NCBI GenBank assembly: GCA_018829205.1
Contig: JAHJUE010000014.1
Coordinates: 78,069 to 142,068 of the forward strand
Direction: 5' to 3'
Length of the DNA: 64,000 nt
DNA from: Bacteroidota bacterium
GTDB taxonomy: Bacteria; Bacteroidota; Ignavibacteria; Ignavibacteriales; Melioribacteraceae
The notes under the pieces were generated by a model. It worked only from the letters and a program-made list of their open reading frames with translations, was not told the origin of the DNA and made no database searches. Shown piece by piece: positions 38,832 to 47,483 of the stretch (position 1 is its first letter; each line of letters begins with the position of its first letter). The translations under genes were made by a program, and so were the position numbers.

Positions 38832-39859
38832 TGACAATGTCCGATAATCCAAACATAGGAATTGTTTCGACAGGCATATATTTGCCCGAAAATAAAATCA
38901 CCGCCGAAGAAATCGCGCTTCAAACAAAAGGAATATGGGAAGCTGAAGCGGTAAAATCAAAATTAGGAATTATTGAAAAAACGATTCCCGGTCCCAACGA
39001 CGGAACTCAAATGATGGGTGTACACGCTTCATTTGATGCGTTGCGCAACGGTAATATTAATCCGGATGAAATTGATTTGATCATTAATATCGGTGAAGAA
39101 TGGAAGGAATATCCGTTGACCACTTCAGGTATTTTTCTTCAGGAAAAAATAAATGCCGTAAACGCCTGGGCAATAGATTTTCAGCAGAGATGCTGTACTA
39201 CTATCTCAGCAATGAAAATCGCAAAGGATATGATGATCTCGGACGAATCAATTAATACAGTTTTAATAGCCGGTGGATATAGAAACGGCGACTTTGTCGA
39301 TTACTCGGATAAAGATTTATCCATGATGTTTAACCTGGGAGCAGGCGGAGGAGCAATAATATTAAAGAAAAATTTTAATAAAAATTTACTTCTTGGATCT
39401 CATGTTATTACCGACGGAAGTCTTTCGCGTGATGTCGGCGTAAAATACGGCGGTACTGAAATTCCTATTACTAAGGAGAATGTAGATAAGGCATATAAAT
39501 CATTAACTGTTTTTAACCCGGGGCATATGAAAAGCAGGTTAAATGAAGTATCAATGAATAACTGGATGATATGCATTAATAAAGCGTTTGAAAAAAGCGG
39601 TATTGATAAAAATAAACTGGGATATCTGGCAGTCCTGCATTTTAAATATTCAATGTATCTGCATATGCTTGAACTTCTGGGTTTAAGCGTAGATCAATCA
39701 ATATACCTTAATAAGATAGGTCACGTTGGGCAGATTGATCAAATAATATCATTACATATGGCTTTGGAACAGAATAAAATACAAAACGGAACTATAATAG
39801 CAATGATAGCTGCAGGCATAGGATATGCATGGGCAGCAAACGTTATTAAATGGGGCTAA
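38831..39859 (+). CDS. Second KASIII-like thiolase-fold protein with a Cys-His-His arrangement
   Basis: AIDFQQRCCTT (Cys121) and FNLGAGGGAIIL align with FabH. LHFKY (His270) sits at the HQAN position and GHVGQ (His298) at the GNTSA position. The start overlaps the ligase stop (TAATG), consistent with translational coupling. Confidence 0.7.
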   Translation: MTMSDNPNIGIVSTGIYLPENKITAEEIALQTKGIWEAEAVKSKLGIIEKTIPGPNDGTQMMGVHASFDALRNGNINPDEIDLIINIGEEWKEYPLTTSGIFLQEKINAVNAWAIDFQQRCCTTISAMKIAKDMMISDESINTVLIAGGYRNGDFVDYSDKDLSMMFNLGAGGGAIILKKNFNKNLLLGSHVITDGSLSRDVGVKYGGTEIPITKENVDKAYKSLTVFNPGHMKSRLNEVSMNNWMICINKAFEKSGIDKNKLGYLAVLHFKYSMYLHMLELLGLSVDQSIYLNKIGHVGQIDQIISLHMALEQNKIQNGTIIAMIAAGIGYAWAANVIKWG

Positions 39860-39890
39860 ATTAAACTAACTTAATTCAAGGAGTACCAAA

Positions 39891-40385
39891 ATGAAAAAAA
39901 TTATTTCTCTATCGGTAGCTGTACTGTTATCAGTTACATTTTTTGCTTGCAGCAGTTCGGACGATAATCCTGTTGATGCTGTTGAGGTAGATGCATGGGT
40001 CGGTACATGGTTAAGCGCCGGAACAGATGTTGCGCCGATACTTGTATCACTATTTAAGTACGATAGTGTAAAAGTGCAATTCAAAGAAGATTTAACTGTA
40101 AGTCTGCAGACACATGTAAAAGACGGGGCTTGGTCAACTCTTCCTGGAGTATTTACTATTACTAAATCTGAGACCGGCGATGTTCATTCTATTAACATTA
40201 ATTATTCGGCATTTGAACAGGGCGGAATTATACAGGTAATTCCGGGTACTCAAGCAAAATTAAAATTAGAAGTCGTTCAAACTGTTCCGAATATCGGTGC
40301 GGTTCCTAGAACCCCGGCTACCGGTTTCGGTTCAGATGCCGCGTTAGGCACTCTTAATATTCAAAACTATGTGAAAATTAATTAA
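39891..40385 (+). CDS. Small lipoprotein of unknown function
   Basis: Lipobox VTFFACSSSDD after a signal peptide. RBS AAGGAG upstream. No recognised domain. Confidence 0.5.
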   Translation: MKKIISLSVAVLLSVTFFACSSSDDNPVDAVEVDAWVGTWLSAGTDVAPILVSLFKYDSVKVQFKEDLTVSLQTHVKDGAWSTLPGVFTITKSETGDVHSININYSAFEQGGIIQVIPGTQAKLKLEVVQTVPNIGAVPRTPATGFGSDAALGTLNIQNYVKIN

Positions 40386-40399
40386 TTATTCTCTCTGAA

Positions 40400-40430
40400 A
40401 GGAAGAAGTTTTTTACTTCTTCCTTTTATT
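40400..40430 (+). terminator. Rho-independent terminator AGGAAGAAGT-TTTTT-ACTTCTTCCT followed by TTTATT
   Basis: 10-bp perfect stem, 5-nt loop and a T-rich tail, 15 nt after the lipoprotein stop. Confidence 0.65.
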
Positions 40431-40463
40431 CAGACCTTTATTAAAAATAATATAGGTACAAAA

Positions 40464-41999
40464 ATGAAGCGGATTATACCATTTGTGTTTTTTGTTTTTT
40501 CTTTGGGAATAAACCTATTGGCTCAAACCGGTGGAGATTTTCCCGAAGAAAAAATAAAAGAAGATAAAAATGAATTTAAATTTATTGGGTATTATTATAT
40601 GAGATCCGAGATTTCAAATACATACCCTACAAACGAGTTTTTGAAAGGTCAGATTGTCGGACGCCTTTTTGGCGGCAATACAACAAAAACAGGAAGTGAT
40701 TCACGCTTTACCGAACAAAGATTTATTCCGATTATCGCGTATACACCCAGGCTTTTCGACGGGTGGGCAACAATGCGTATGTCGTTTGAATTTGACTGGA
40801 CATGGGGTGACGCAAATTACGGAGCTGGCGGAAATTTCGGCGGTGCTTTTGGAGCCGATTTTGTAAATATGCAGACTCAGAATTTATTTATTGAATTCAG
40901 ACCGCAGAGAAATTTATTTATTAACGCGGGACTAACACGAATATTTGATAATATAAGGGTACCTGCTTATACTTTTACCGATGACCTTATTACAACAGGA
41001 TATAGACTTGCTATTTGGGGATCCGACGGTACCGGCGTTGCGGGACATTATTATCTAAATGATCAGAGATTTAAATTCGGCGCTTATCAATTATATGAAA
41101 ATAATGTAGATCAAAATGATGATGTTTCTTTATTCGAACTGGATTATGAATATGATTTCGATATAAAAAACTCTGCCGGTCTTACTCTTTATTATTTAAG
41201 AGACAGAGGTAATGCAGAAGGCGGAGTTTCAATTCTTGGACAGGGGTTAAATTCAGGTTTAAGCAATTATAACGGTGTATTTAATTTTAATTTCGGGAAT
41301 AATGATTATACAGCCGACATTATTTGGCTGGGAACTCATTTCCACGGGGATCCTTTGCTAAAGCAGGGGAGATTCGGATACAGCGGATTCGTTATTTCAA
41401 ATTTTGGTAACGCCAAAACCGAAATTCAATCGGTAGACATTTTCGGTCTAGCCGCCAATTTAAGATTAGCATATAAATACGGCAAAAATACTAATGATTA
41501 TGTTTCTGCCGACGGTGTTTTTTCAACGGGAGACGATAATAATATTTCTGACGGAAAATACAGCGGCGTATTAACGGGAAATAACTGGACTGCTCCCGGT
41601 GCGGTTTTCTTTAGTCATGGATTATATCTTTTACTTCCTCACGGCAATGTTGTAAACAGATTTACCGGCGCGGTAATCGATATTCAGAATATCGGTTACG
41701 GGTTAATGGCCGGATCGCTAACAGGTTCATACGATATAATTCCTAATAAATTAAAAATAAAATCTTCTTTGGGTATCGGTGCTTCTCCCGTAACTCCAGC
41801 CGGAGGAGGTAGCTTAATCGGAACCGAATTTAATTTCAATCTCCTTTATAAATTAAGAGTATTTATGGATCTCGAACTTCACGCGGCTTACTTAAAACTC
41901 GGCGATTTTTACGACTCACAAGCCGTTAACGGTGGAATTCCTGTTAGACCCGATGATCCTTGGGTACTGTTTGCTTCATTAAAATGGATAATGTTCTAG
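40464..41999 (+). CDS. Outer-membrane beta-barrel protein of unknown family (porin/export-channel-like)
   Basis: Signal peptide, Gly/aromatic-rich alternating strands, C-terminal residue F (KWIMF). Confidence 0.5.
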   Translation: MKRIIPFVFFVFSLGINLLAQTGGDFPEEKIKEDKNEFKFIGYYYMRSEISNTYPTNEFLKGQIVGRLFGGNTTKTGSDSRFTEQRFIPIIAYTPRLFDGWATMRMSFEFDWTWGDANYGAGGNFGGAFGADFVNMQTQNLFIEFRPQRNLFINAGLTRIFDNIRVPAYTFTDDLITTGYRLAIWGSDGTGVAGHYYLNDQRFKFGAYQLYENNVDQNDDVSLFELDYEYDFDIKNSAGLTLYYLRDRGNAEGGVSILGQGLNSGLSNYNGVFNFNFGNNDYTADIIWLGTHFHGDPLLKQGRFGYSGFVISNFGNAKTEIQSVDIFGLAANLRLAYKYGKNTNDYVSADGVFSTGDDNNISDGKYSGVLTGNNWTAPGAVFFSHGLYLLLPHGNVVNRFTGAVIDIQNIGYGLMAGSLTGSYDIIPNKLKIKSSLGIGASPVTPAGGGSLIGTEFNFNLLYKLRVFMDLELHAAYLKLGDFYDSQAVNGGIPVRPDDPWVLFASLKWIMF

Positions 42000-42008
42000 G
42001 AGGCTGAA

Positions 42009-42956
42009 ATGAAAAAATATATTTATTTATTATCAATAATCGCGGCTATTATGCTAAACAGTTGTGCAACTTCATATTATTATAACCTCCCTTCAAAAGA
42101 GTTTGAAGAGATTGATTATAAATTCGATATAAATAAAGTTAAGGTTAAAAACATAACCGTAGCTTTTATTGACGAAGGCAAAAGCGATAATGTTCTGTTA
42201 TTAATACACGGACTAGGAACAAACGCAAAAAGCTGGATTAAAAATATTCCTTTCTTGTCAAAACATTTTAGAGTAATAGCCGTTGATTTACCGGGATACG
42301 GAAAATCCGATAAGGGATATTATCAATACTCAATGTCATTTTACTCCGAAGTATTAACTGAGTTATTAACCGAACTGAAAATTAAAAAAGCAACCTTTGT
42401 CGGCCATTCGATGGGTGCGCAGATATCATTAATGACCGCTTTAAAATATCCTCAATATGTTGATAAACTTGTTTTAATATCTCCGGCGGGATTCGAAAAA
42501 TTTACCGAAGGAGAAGGCGACTGGATGAAGTCTGCTTTTACAGTTGAGCTTGTTAAAGAAACTACAACTAGAAATATTGACGTTAACTTAAGAGCAAATT
42601 TTTATAAAACTCCCGATGAAGCGGCATTTTTTGTAACGGATAGAATTCAAATCAAAGGAGCTAAAGATTTTGAGGATTACTGTTATGCTGTTACTAGAAA
42701 TGTTGCCGGTATGATAAACGAACCTTTGCTCAATGAGCTTAAAAATATTAAGCATGAGACTTTAATATTATTCGGCGAAAACGACGGACTTATTCCAAAT
42801 CCTTATTTGCATGGCGGAAATACTGTTGACATCGCGAACTTTGCCCAATCCCAATTGGAAAATTCAAAATTAATTCTAATACCGGAATGCGGACATATGC
42901 TTCCGTTTGAAAAGGCAGATGAAGCGAATAATGCTATAGTTGAATTTATGAAATAG
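42009..42956 (+). CDS. Alpha/beta-fold hydrolase, lipoprotein-like N-terminus
   Basis: HGLGTN oxyanion region, nucleophile elbow GHSMGA, C-terminal CGHM His motif. N-terminal LNSCATS lipobox. Confidence 0.8.
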   Translation: MKKYIYLLSIIAAIMLNSCATSYYYNLPSKEFEEIDYKFDINKVKVKNITVAFIDEGKSDNVLLLIHGLGTNAKSWIKNIPFLSKHFRVIAVDLPGYGKSDKGYYQYSMSFYSEVLTELLTELKIKKATFVGHSMGAQISLMTALKYPQYVDKLVLISPAGFEKFTEGEGDWMKSAFTVELVKETTTRNIDVNLRANFYKTPDEAAFFVTDRIQIKGAKDFEDYCYAVTRNVAGMINEPLLNELKNIKHETLILFGENDGLIPNPYLHGGNTVDIANFAQSQLENSKLILIPECGHMLPFEKADEANNAIVEFMK

Positions 42957-42972
42957 AAATCAAGGAAATAAA

Positions 42973-44160
42973 ATGCCAGAACTTAAAGAGGTTTACATTA
43001 TTGACGCCGTAAGAACTCCAATAGGGTCCTTTATGGGAGCATTAAGCGGCGTACCTGCTGTTAATTTAGGAAGCATTGTTATCAAAGCTCTTCTTGAAAG
43101 AAACAAACTTTCCGGTAATGAAGTAGGCGAAGTTATAATGGGAAACGTAATACAAGCCGGGGAAGGGCAGGCTCCTGCCCGGCAAGCGGCTTTAGGCGCG
43201 GGAATTGATAATAGCGTTCCATGTATGACAATCAACAAAGTTTGCGGTTCAGGATTAAAATCAGTAATGCTTTCCGCACAGTCAATTATGACCGGTGATT
43301 CCGACATTGTTATTGCTGGCGGAATGGAAAATATGTCCCAGATACCTTTTATTCTTAAAAATGCGCGCGGCGGATTTAAAATGGGGAATCAGACTATTGA
43401 AGACGCTATGCTTTCCGACGGATTAATTGATGCATACGATAATGTTCATATGGGAAATTTTGCGGAATTATGCGCCGAAGAATATAATATTACCAGGGAT
43501 GAACAGGATAATTTCGCGATTGATAGCTATAAGAAAGCCTTAAAAGCAATTGATGAAAATACTTTTGAAGAAGAAATTATACCGGTTGAAATAAAAAGCA
43601 GAAAAGGTGAAATCATGATTATAAAAAATGATGAAGAACCAGGGAAAGTAAATTTTGATAAAGTTAAAACTCTTAAACCGGCATTTAAAAAAGACGGAAC
43701 AGTTACTGCGGCTAATGCCTCTTCAATAAATGACGGTGCTTCGGCTCTTTTATTAATGAGTAAAGAAAAAGCAGATTTACTTGGCTTGAAACCTATAGCC
43801 AAAATAGTTGCTCAAGCTCAGGCTTCAAAAGATCCTAAATGGTTTACCACCGCGCCTGTCGACGCTATTAAAATAGTACTTGAAAAGTCAGGCCTAAATA
43901 AAAATCATATTGATCTGTTCGAAATTAACGAAGCATTTTCGGTTGTTTCATTAATTGTAAATAAGCAATTGGGTCTGGATATTTCTAAAGTAAATATATA
44001 CGGCGGTGCGGTAGCGCTTGGTCATCCCATTGGAGCAAGCGGAGCAAGAATTTTAACAACCCTTCTGCATGGATTAAAAAGAAATAATTTAAAATTCGGA
44101 TTAGCTTCGTTATGCATTGGCGGAGGTGAAGCGGTTGCCGTAATCGTAGAAAGATGTTAA
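42973..44160 (+). CDS. Acetyl-CoA C-acetyltransferase (thiolase II)
   Basis: NKVCGSGLK active-site Cys, NEAFS, GHPIGASG, C-terminal CIGGGEAVA. Confidence 0.9.
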   Translation: MPELKEVYIIDAVRTPIGSFMGALSGVPAVNLGSIVIKALLERNKLSGNEVGEVIMGNVIQAGEGQAPARQAALGAGIDNSVPCMTINKVCGSGLKSVMLSAQSIMTGDSDIVIAGGMENMSQIPFILKNARGGFKMGNQTIEDAMLSDGLIDAYDNVHMGNFAELCAEEYNITRDEQDNFAIDSYKKALKAIDENTFEEEIIPVEIKSRKGEIMIIKNDEEPGKVNFDKVKTLKPAFKKDGTVTAANASSINDGASALLLMSKEKADLLGLKPIAKIVAQAQASKDPKWFTTAPVDAIKIVLEKSGLNKNHIDLFEINEAFSVVSLIVNKQLGLDISKVNIYGGAVALGHPIGASGARILTTLLHGLKRNNLKFGLASLCIGGGEAVAVIVERC

Positions 44161-44190
44161 ATGGATTTTGTTAAATAATTTGGTATTCGC

Positions 44191-44220
44191 AAAGGGTTCA
44201 TATATGAACCCTTTCTTTTT
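44191..44220 (+). terminator. Rho-independent terminator AAAGGGTTCATA/TATGAACCCTTT followed by CTTTTT
   Basis: Perfect 24-nt palindrome with a T tail, 30 nt after the thiolase stop. Confidence 0.7.
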
Positions 44221-44344
44221 AAATTATAAAAAGATATTTTGTCCGCATAATGTATGTATTTTTATGTTTTCGTTTACTTTGCTATAAATTAAAGATATTT
44301 TATTACGATTATATAACAAAATAGTATAATTAATATTTTTTCAT

Positions 44345-45787
44345 TTGGAAAAATTGAATAACGAAAAAATAAATACTGCCCAGACAGAAAAGAAAAAAGA
44401 ATCTAATTCCGAAATAATATTCGCGGAAGACGGATTTTCAATTCTAATTGCCGCCAATCAACTCTCAGTTGCCGTTAATCTTTTTGCGCCTCAAAATGAA
44501 AACGGTCAAATTATGTTCTCAAAAATTAAATCGGAATTAATTAACGCCGGAATTAAAACTGAAATACAGGATGAAGTAATTAAATCCGCGGTTGTTCAAT
44601 TTAATAATGATAAAATCCCGGTTTCAGGAATTGTCGTTTCAGTTGGAGCGGATAATCAGAAAGGGAAGGACGGATGGTTTGAATTATTATGCGGCGATAA
44701 ACTAAATAACGAATCCAAAGGTAAATTCGACGGAAAAATTGACGGCATAATTAGCCTGAAACAAGATGATTTAATCGGGGCTATTCATATGCCTCTTAAC
44801 GGCAAGGATGGCATGGATGTATTCGGGAAAATTATTCCCGCCGAACATGGTAAAAAGTATGAAATCAGTTTGGGTGAAAATGTTTACACAAAAGAGAAAA
44901 TTATCATATCAATTTATTCTTCCATCGACGGTTTCTTAAATATAAAAAGTAATATTATATCGGTCACAGAGCTTCTTACCATTTATGAAGATATTGACTA
45001 CCGCTGCGGTAATATAATCGGATACGGTTCAATCAAGGTGCTCGGTAATGTTATGAACGGTTATTATCTTAATCTAAAAAATAATATTGATGTCGGCGGT
45101 TATGTAGGCGACTCAGAATTAGTGGCCGGGAATAATATAAAAATCCTGGGCGGATTTATGGGAGCGGGCAGCGGCAAAATTAAGGCTGGCGGTAATATTG
45201 ATGTTAAATTTGTGCAGGATCAACAAATATACTGCAGGGGATCGCTTAATTTTATCCGCGAAATCGTGCATTCAAAAATTTATGTAAAAGACAATATCAC
45301 CGGGAAAGGTAATCACGCTTCTATTATTGGCGGTTATACTGTCGCGGGTAAAGGTATTGAAATCTATTCTTGCGGGAATGAATACGGCTTAAATACAATT
45401 ATTGAAGCCGGGTATGATTATGAAATAAAAGATATACTTCTCAGAAACAGAACAAAAATTAATGAGTTAAAAAAAGAACTTAAAAAAATTGATAAAGATA
45501 TTTTCGGTTATACTGAAATGAAAAGATTAAATGAGGCGATGTATAAAAAATTAAAACTTCTGGCCGATAGACACAAAGAAATAATTGACGATATGAAAAA
45601 ATTGAATGATGAAAATAAGGAATTAATTCAAGCCGTGCGTAAATATTCCGGAGCGTATGTTAAAATTCTTAATACAATTTATCCCGGGACTAAAATTACT
45701 ATAAATAGAAAATCATTTTTAGTTAAAGAAAAATTATTCTCAAAAACTTTTCAACTTTCCGAAGATAAAGAAATTATTTTAGTATAA
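44345..45787 (+). CDS. DUF342 / FapA-family protein
   Basis: GKDGMDVFGKIIPA motif, a beta-helix-like repeat region (GNVMNGYYL..VGGYVG..AGNNIKILGG..AGGNIDV), a coiled coil (INELKKELKKIDKD), and C-terminal IYPGTKITINRKSFLVKE. The TTG start is uncertain. Confidence 0.7.
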   Translation: MEKLNNEKINTAQTEKKKESNSEIIFAEDGFSILIAANQLSVAVNLFAPQNENGQIMFSKIKSELINAGIKTEIQDEVIKSAVVQFNNDKIPVSGIVVSVGADNQKGKDGWFELLCGDKLNNESKGKFDGKIDGIISLKQDDLIGAIHMPLNGKDGMDVFGKIIPAEHGKKYEISLGENVYTKEKIIISIYSSIDGFLNIKSNIISVTELLTIYEDIDYRCGNIIGYGSIKVLGNVMNGYYLNLKNNIDVGGYVGDSELVAGNNIKILGGFMGAGSGKIKAGGNIDVKFVQDQQIYCRGSLNFIREIVHSKIYVKDNITGKGNHASIIGGYTVAGKGIEIYSCGNEYGLNTIIEAGYDYEIKDILLRNRTKINELKKELKKIDKDIFGYTEMKRLNEAMYKKLKLLADRHKEIIDDMKKLNDENKELIQAVRKYSGAYVKILNTIYPGTKITINRKSFLVKEKLFSKTFQLSEDKEIILV

Positions 45788-46009
45788 ATTGATTTCCTTA
45801 TCATTTACTTCTTAAATAAACATTATATCAACTCGCAATTGTTAAATCCGGTACCGCGTAAATAATATCAAAAGCATTCAATAAAATAATTTGTCTAAAT
45901 CCGGCGGCTGGCAATTATCTCTTTTATTATAAGCCATATTTGTTAAATTAATGATAACTTTAAGTCAGATAAAATATTTTAAAGTAAAATAAATTTAACC
46001 GGATTAATT

Positions 46010-46861
46010 ATGGCTGAAATAGGAAAAATTAATAATCTAAAAGTAGCAAGGAAACAGGATTTCGGGATTTATCTTGACGGCGAAAATCTTGGGGAAATAT
46101 TACTTCCCAATAAATATATCCCGGAAAATACCGGGCTCGATGATAAACTTGATGTTTTTATTTTCTTTGATTCCGAAGATAGAATAATTGCTACAACCGA
46201 AATTCCGTTTGTTATGACTAATCAATTCGCTTACTTAAAAGTCGTTTCGACTACTCAAATAGGCGCGTTTTTGGATTGGGGACTTCAGAAGGATTTGCTT
46301 GTGCCGTTCCGTGAACAGAAAAGAACAATGGAAATGGGGAAATCATATGTTGTTTATGTTTACCTCGATGAAAAAAGCAATAGAATAGCGGCTACAACAA
46401 AAATCGACAAATACCTTGATATCGCCGAGCATAACTATAAGGAAAACGATCCGGTAGATCTTTTGATTTGTTATAAAACAGATCTCGGTTATAAAGCAAT
46501 TGTTAATAACGCCCATTGGGGAGTTTTATACGGCAGCGAATTGTTCCAGCCTTTAAGCGTGGGACAAAGAATTAAAGGTTATATCAAAAAAGTAAGAGAC
46601 GACAAAAAATTGGATCTTAGTTTAAGTAAATCAGGTATTGAAAAATTGGCCGACTTTGCCCAACTGATAATAGATAAATTAGAAAAGAATAATGGTTTTC
46701 TTCCGGTTACAGACAGCTCACCTACAGAAGATATTTATAAGTTATTTGGAATTAGTAAAAAGGCCTACAAAAAAGCGGTCGGAGCATTATACAAAAGAAG
46801 ATTAATAATAATCGAAGATAAAGGAATAAGAATTGCCCAGAATATTTCTAATAAACCATAA
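46010..46861 (+). CDS. S1-like RNA-binding protein of the CvfB/YitL family
   Basis: Repeated S1-like modules (LKVARKQDFGIYLDG...GEILLPNKYIP; AYLKVVSTTQIGAFLDWGLQKDLLVP) and a C-terminal winged-helix-like tail. About 283 aa. Confidence 0.75.
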   Translation: MAEIGKINNLKVARKQDFGIYLDGENLGEILLPNKYIPENTGLDDKLDVFIFFDSEDRIIATTEIPFVMTNQFAYLKVVSTTQIGAFLDWGLQKDLLVPFREQKRTMEMGKSYVVYVYLDEKSNRIAATTKIDKYLDIAEHNYKENDPVDLLICYKTDLGYKAIVNNAHWGVLYGSELFQPLSVGQRIKGYIKKVRDDKKLDLSLSKSGIEKLADFAQLIIDKLEKNNGFLPVTDSSPTEDIYKLFGISKKAYKKAVGALYKRRLIIIEDKGIRIAQNISNKP

Positions 46862-47483
46862 AACGAATTGAATGTTTTTTCAATTACATTTTTTCAATAG
46901 AGCTTTCACATTGTATCAAAATTGTGGAATGTATATTCCACAACTGACCCTGAGGCATTAAACTGCACATTATTGTTTAAATGCATACGCGCTTCATTGT
47001 AAAAAAGTGCAGCGAATTTTTATAATTTGTAATAAATAATTTTTTGATACCTATTCCAATATCTGAACTTAAACTTGAACAATTAACGGTATCTGCAATT
47101 CCGTTATCTTCTCGTGAAAACAGATTTACATGTAAAGAATAACCAAAAGTATATTGATTATGTTATAAGCGGTTGAAGCGATTAAGATAATTACAGTGAA
47201 TATCTATCATAGATAAATATGTAATTCATTATAGTTTTAATAATTTTATTTCGATATGCTTTAAGTTATTCTAAAAGCAGGAACACTAGTCTTAAATGTA
47301 AGTTCTTCGTTCGCTTAAACAGAAATTCACCACTTCTCTGCAAAATAAAATAATGCTTGCCAAATAGGAGAATACGTCCTAAAATCGAACTTTTTGCATA
47401 TCTATAATATCTAATAAATAGTATATTTGATAAGGAAAAATTTAAGTTTATATCATAAATATTAAATAAATTGAGGCCCGCCA

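Noticed and set aside
34002-42956. Straightforward annotation as an oleABCD olefin cluster
   Set aside because: The reductase is a 247-aa classical FabG-type SDR rather than the extended OleD type. There are two KASIII-like proteins with degenerate triads instead of one canonical OleA. A transporter sits in the middle of the operon, and the alpha/beta hydrolase is a lipoprotein in a separate transcription unit. Only an analogy is retained.
46862-47483. Possible cobalamin or TPP riboswitch upstream of the outer-membrane receptor
   Set aside because: Receptor genes often carry B12 riboswitches, and the region contains CTGAGG and GAGGCCCGCC. I could not find the B12 box, the GCCACTG element or the TPP CUGAGA/ACCUGA core in a proper arrangement, and the region is too AT-rich for those folds.
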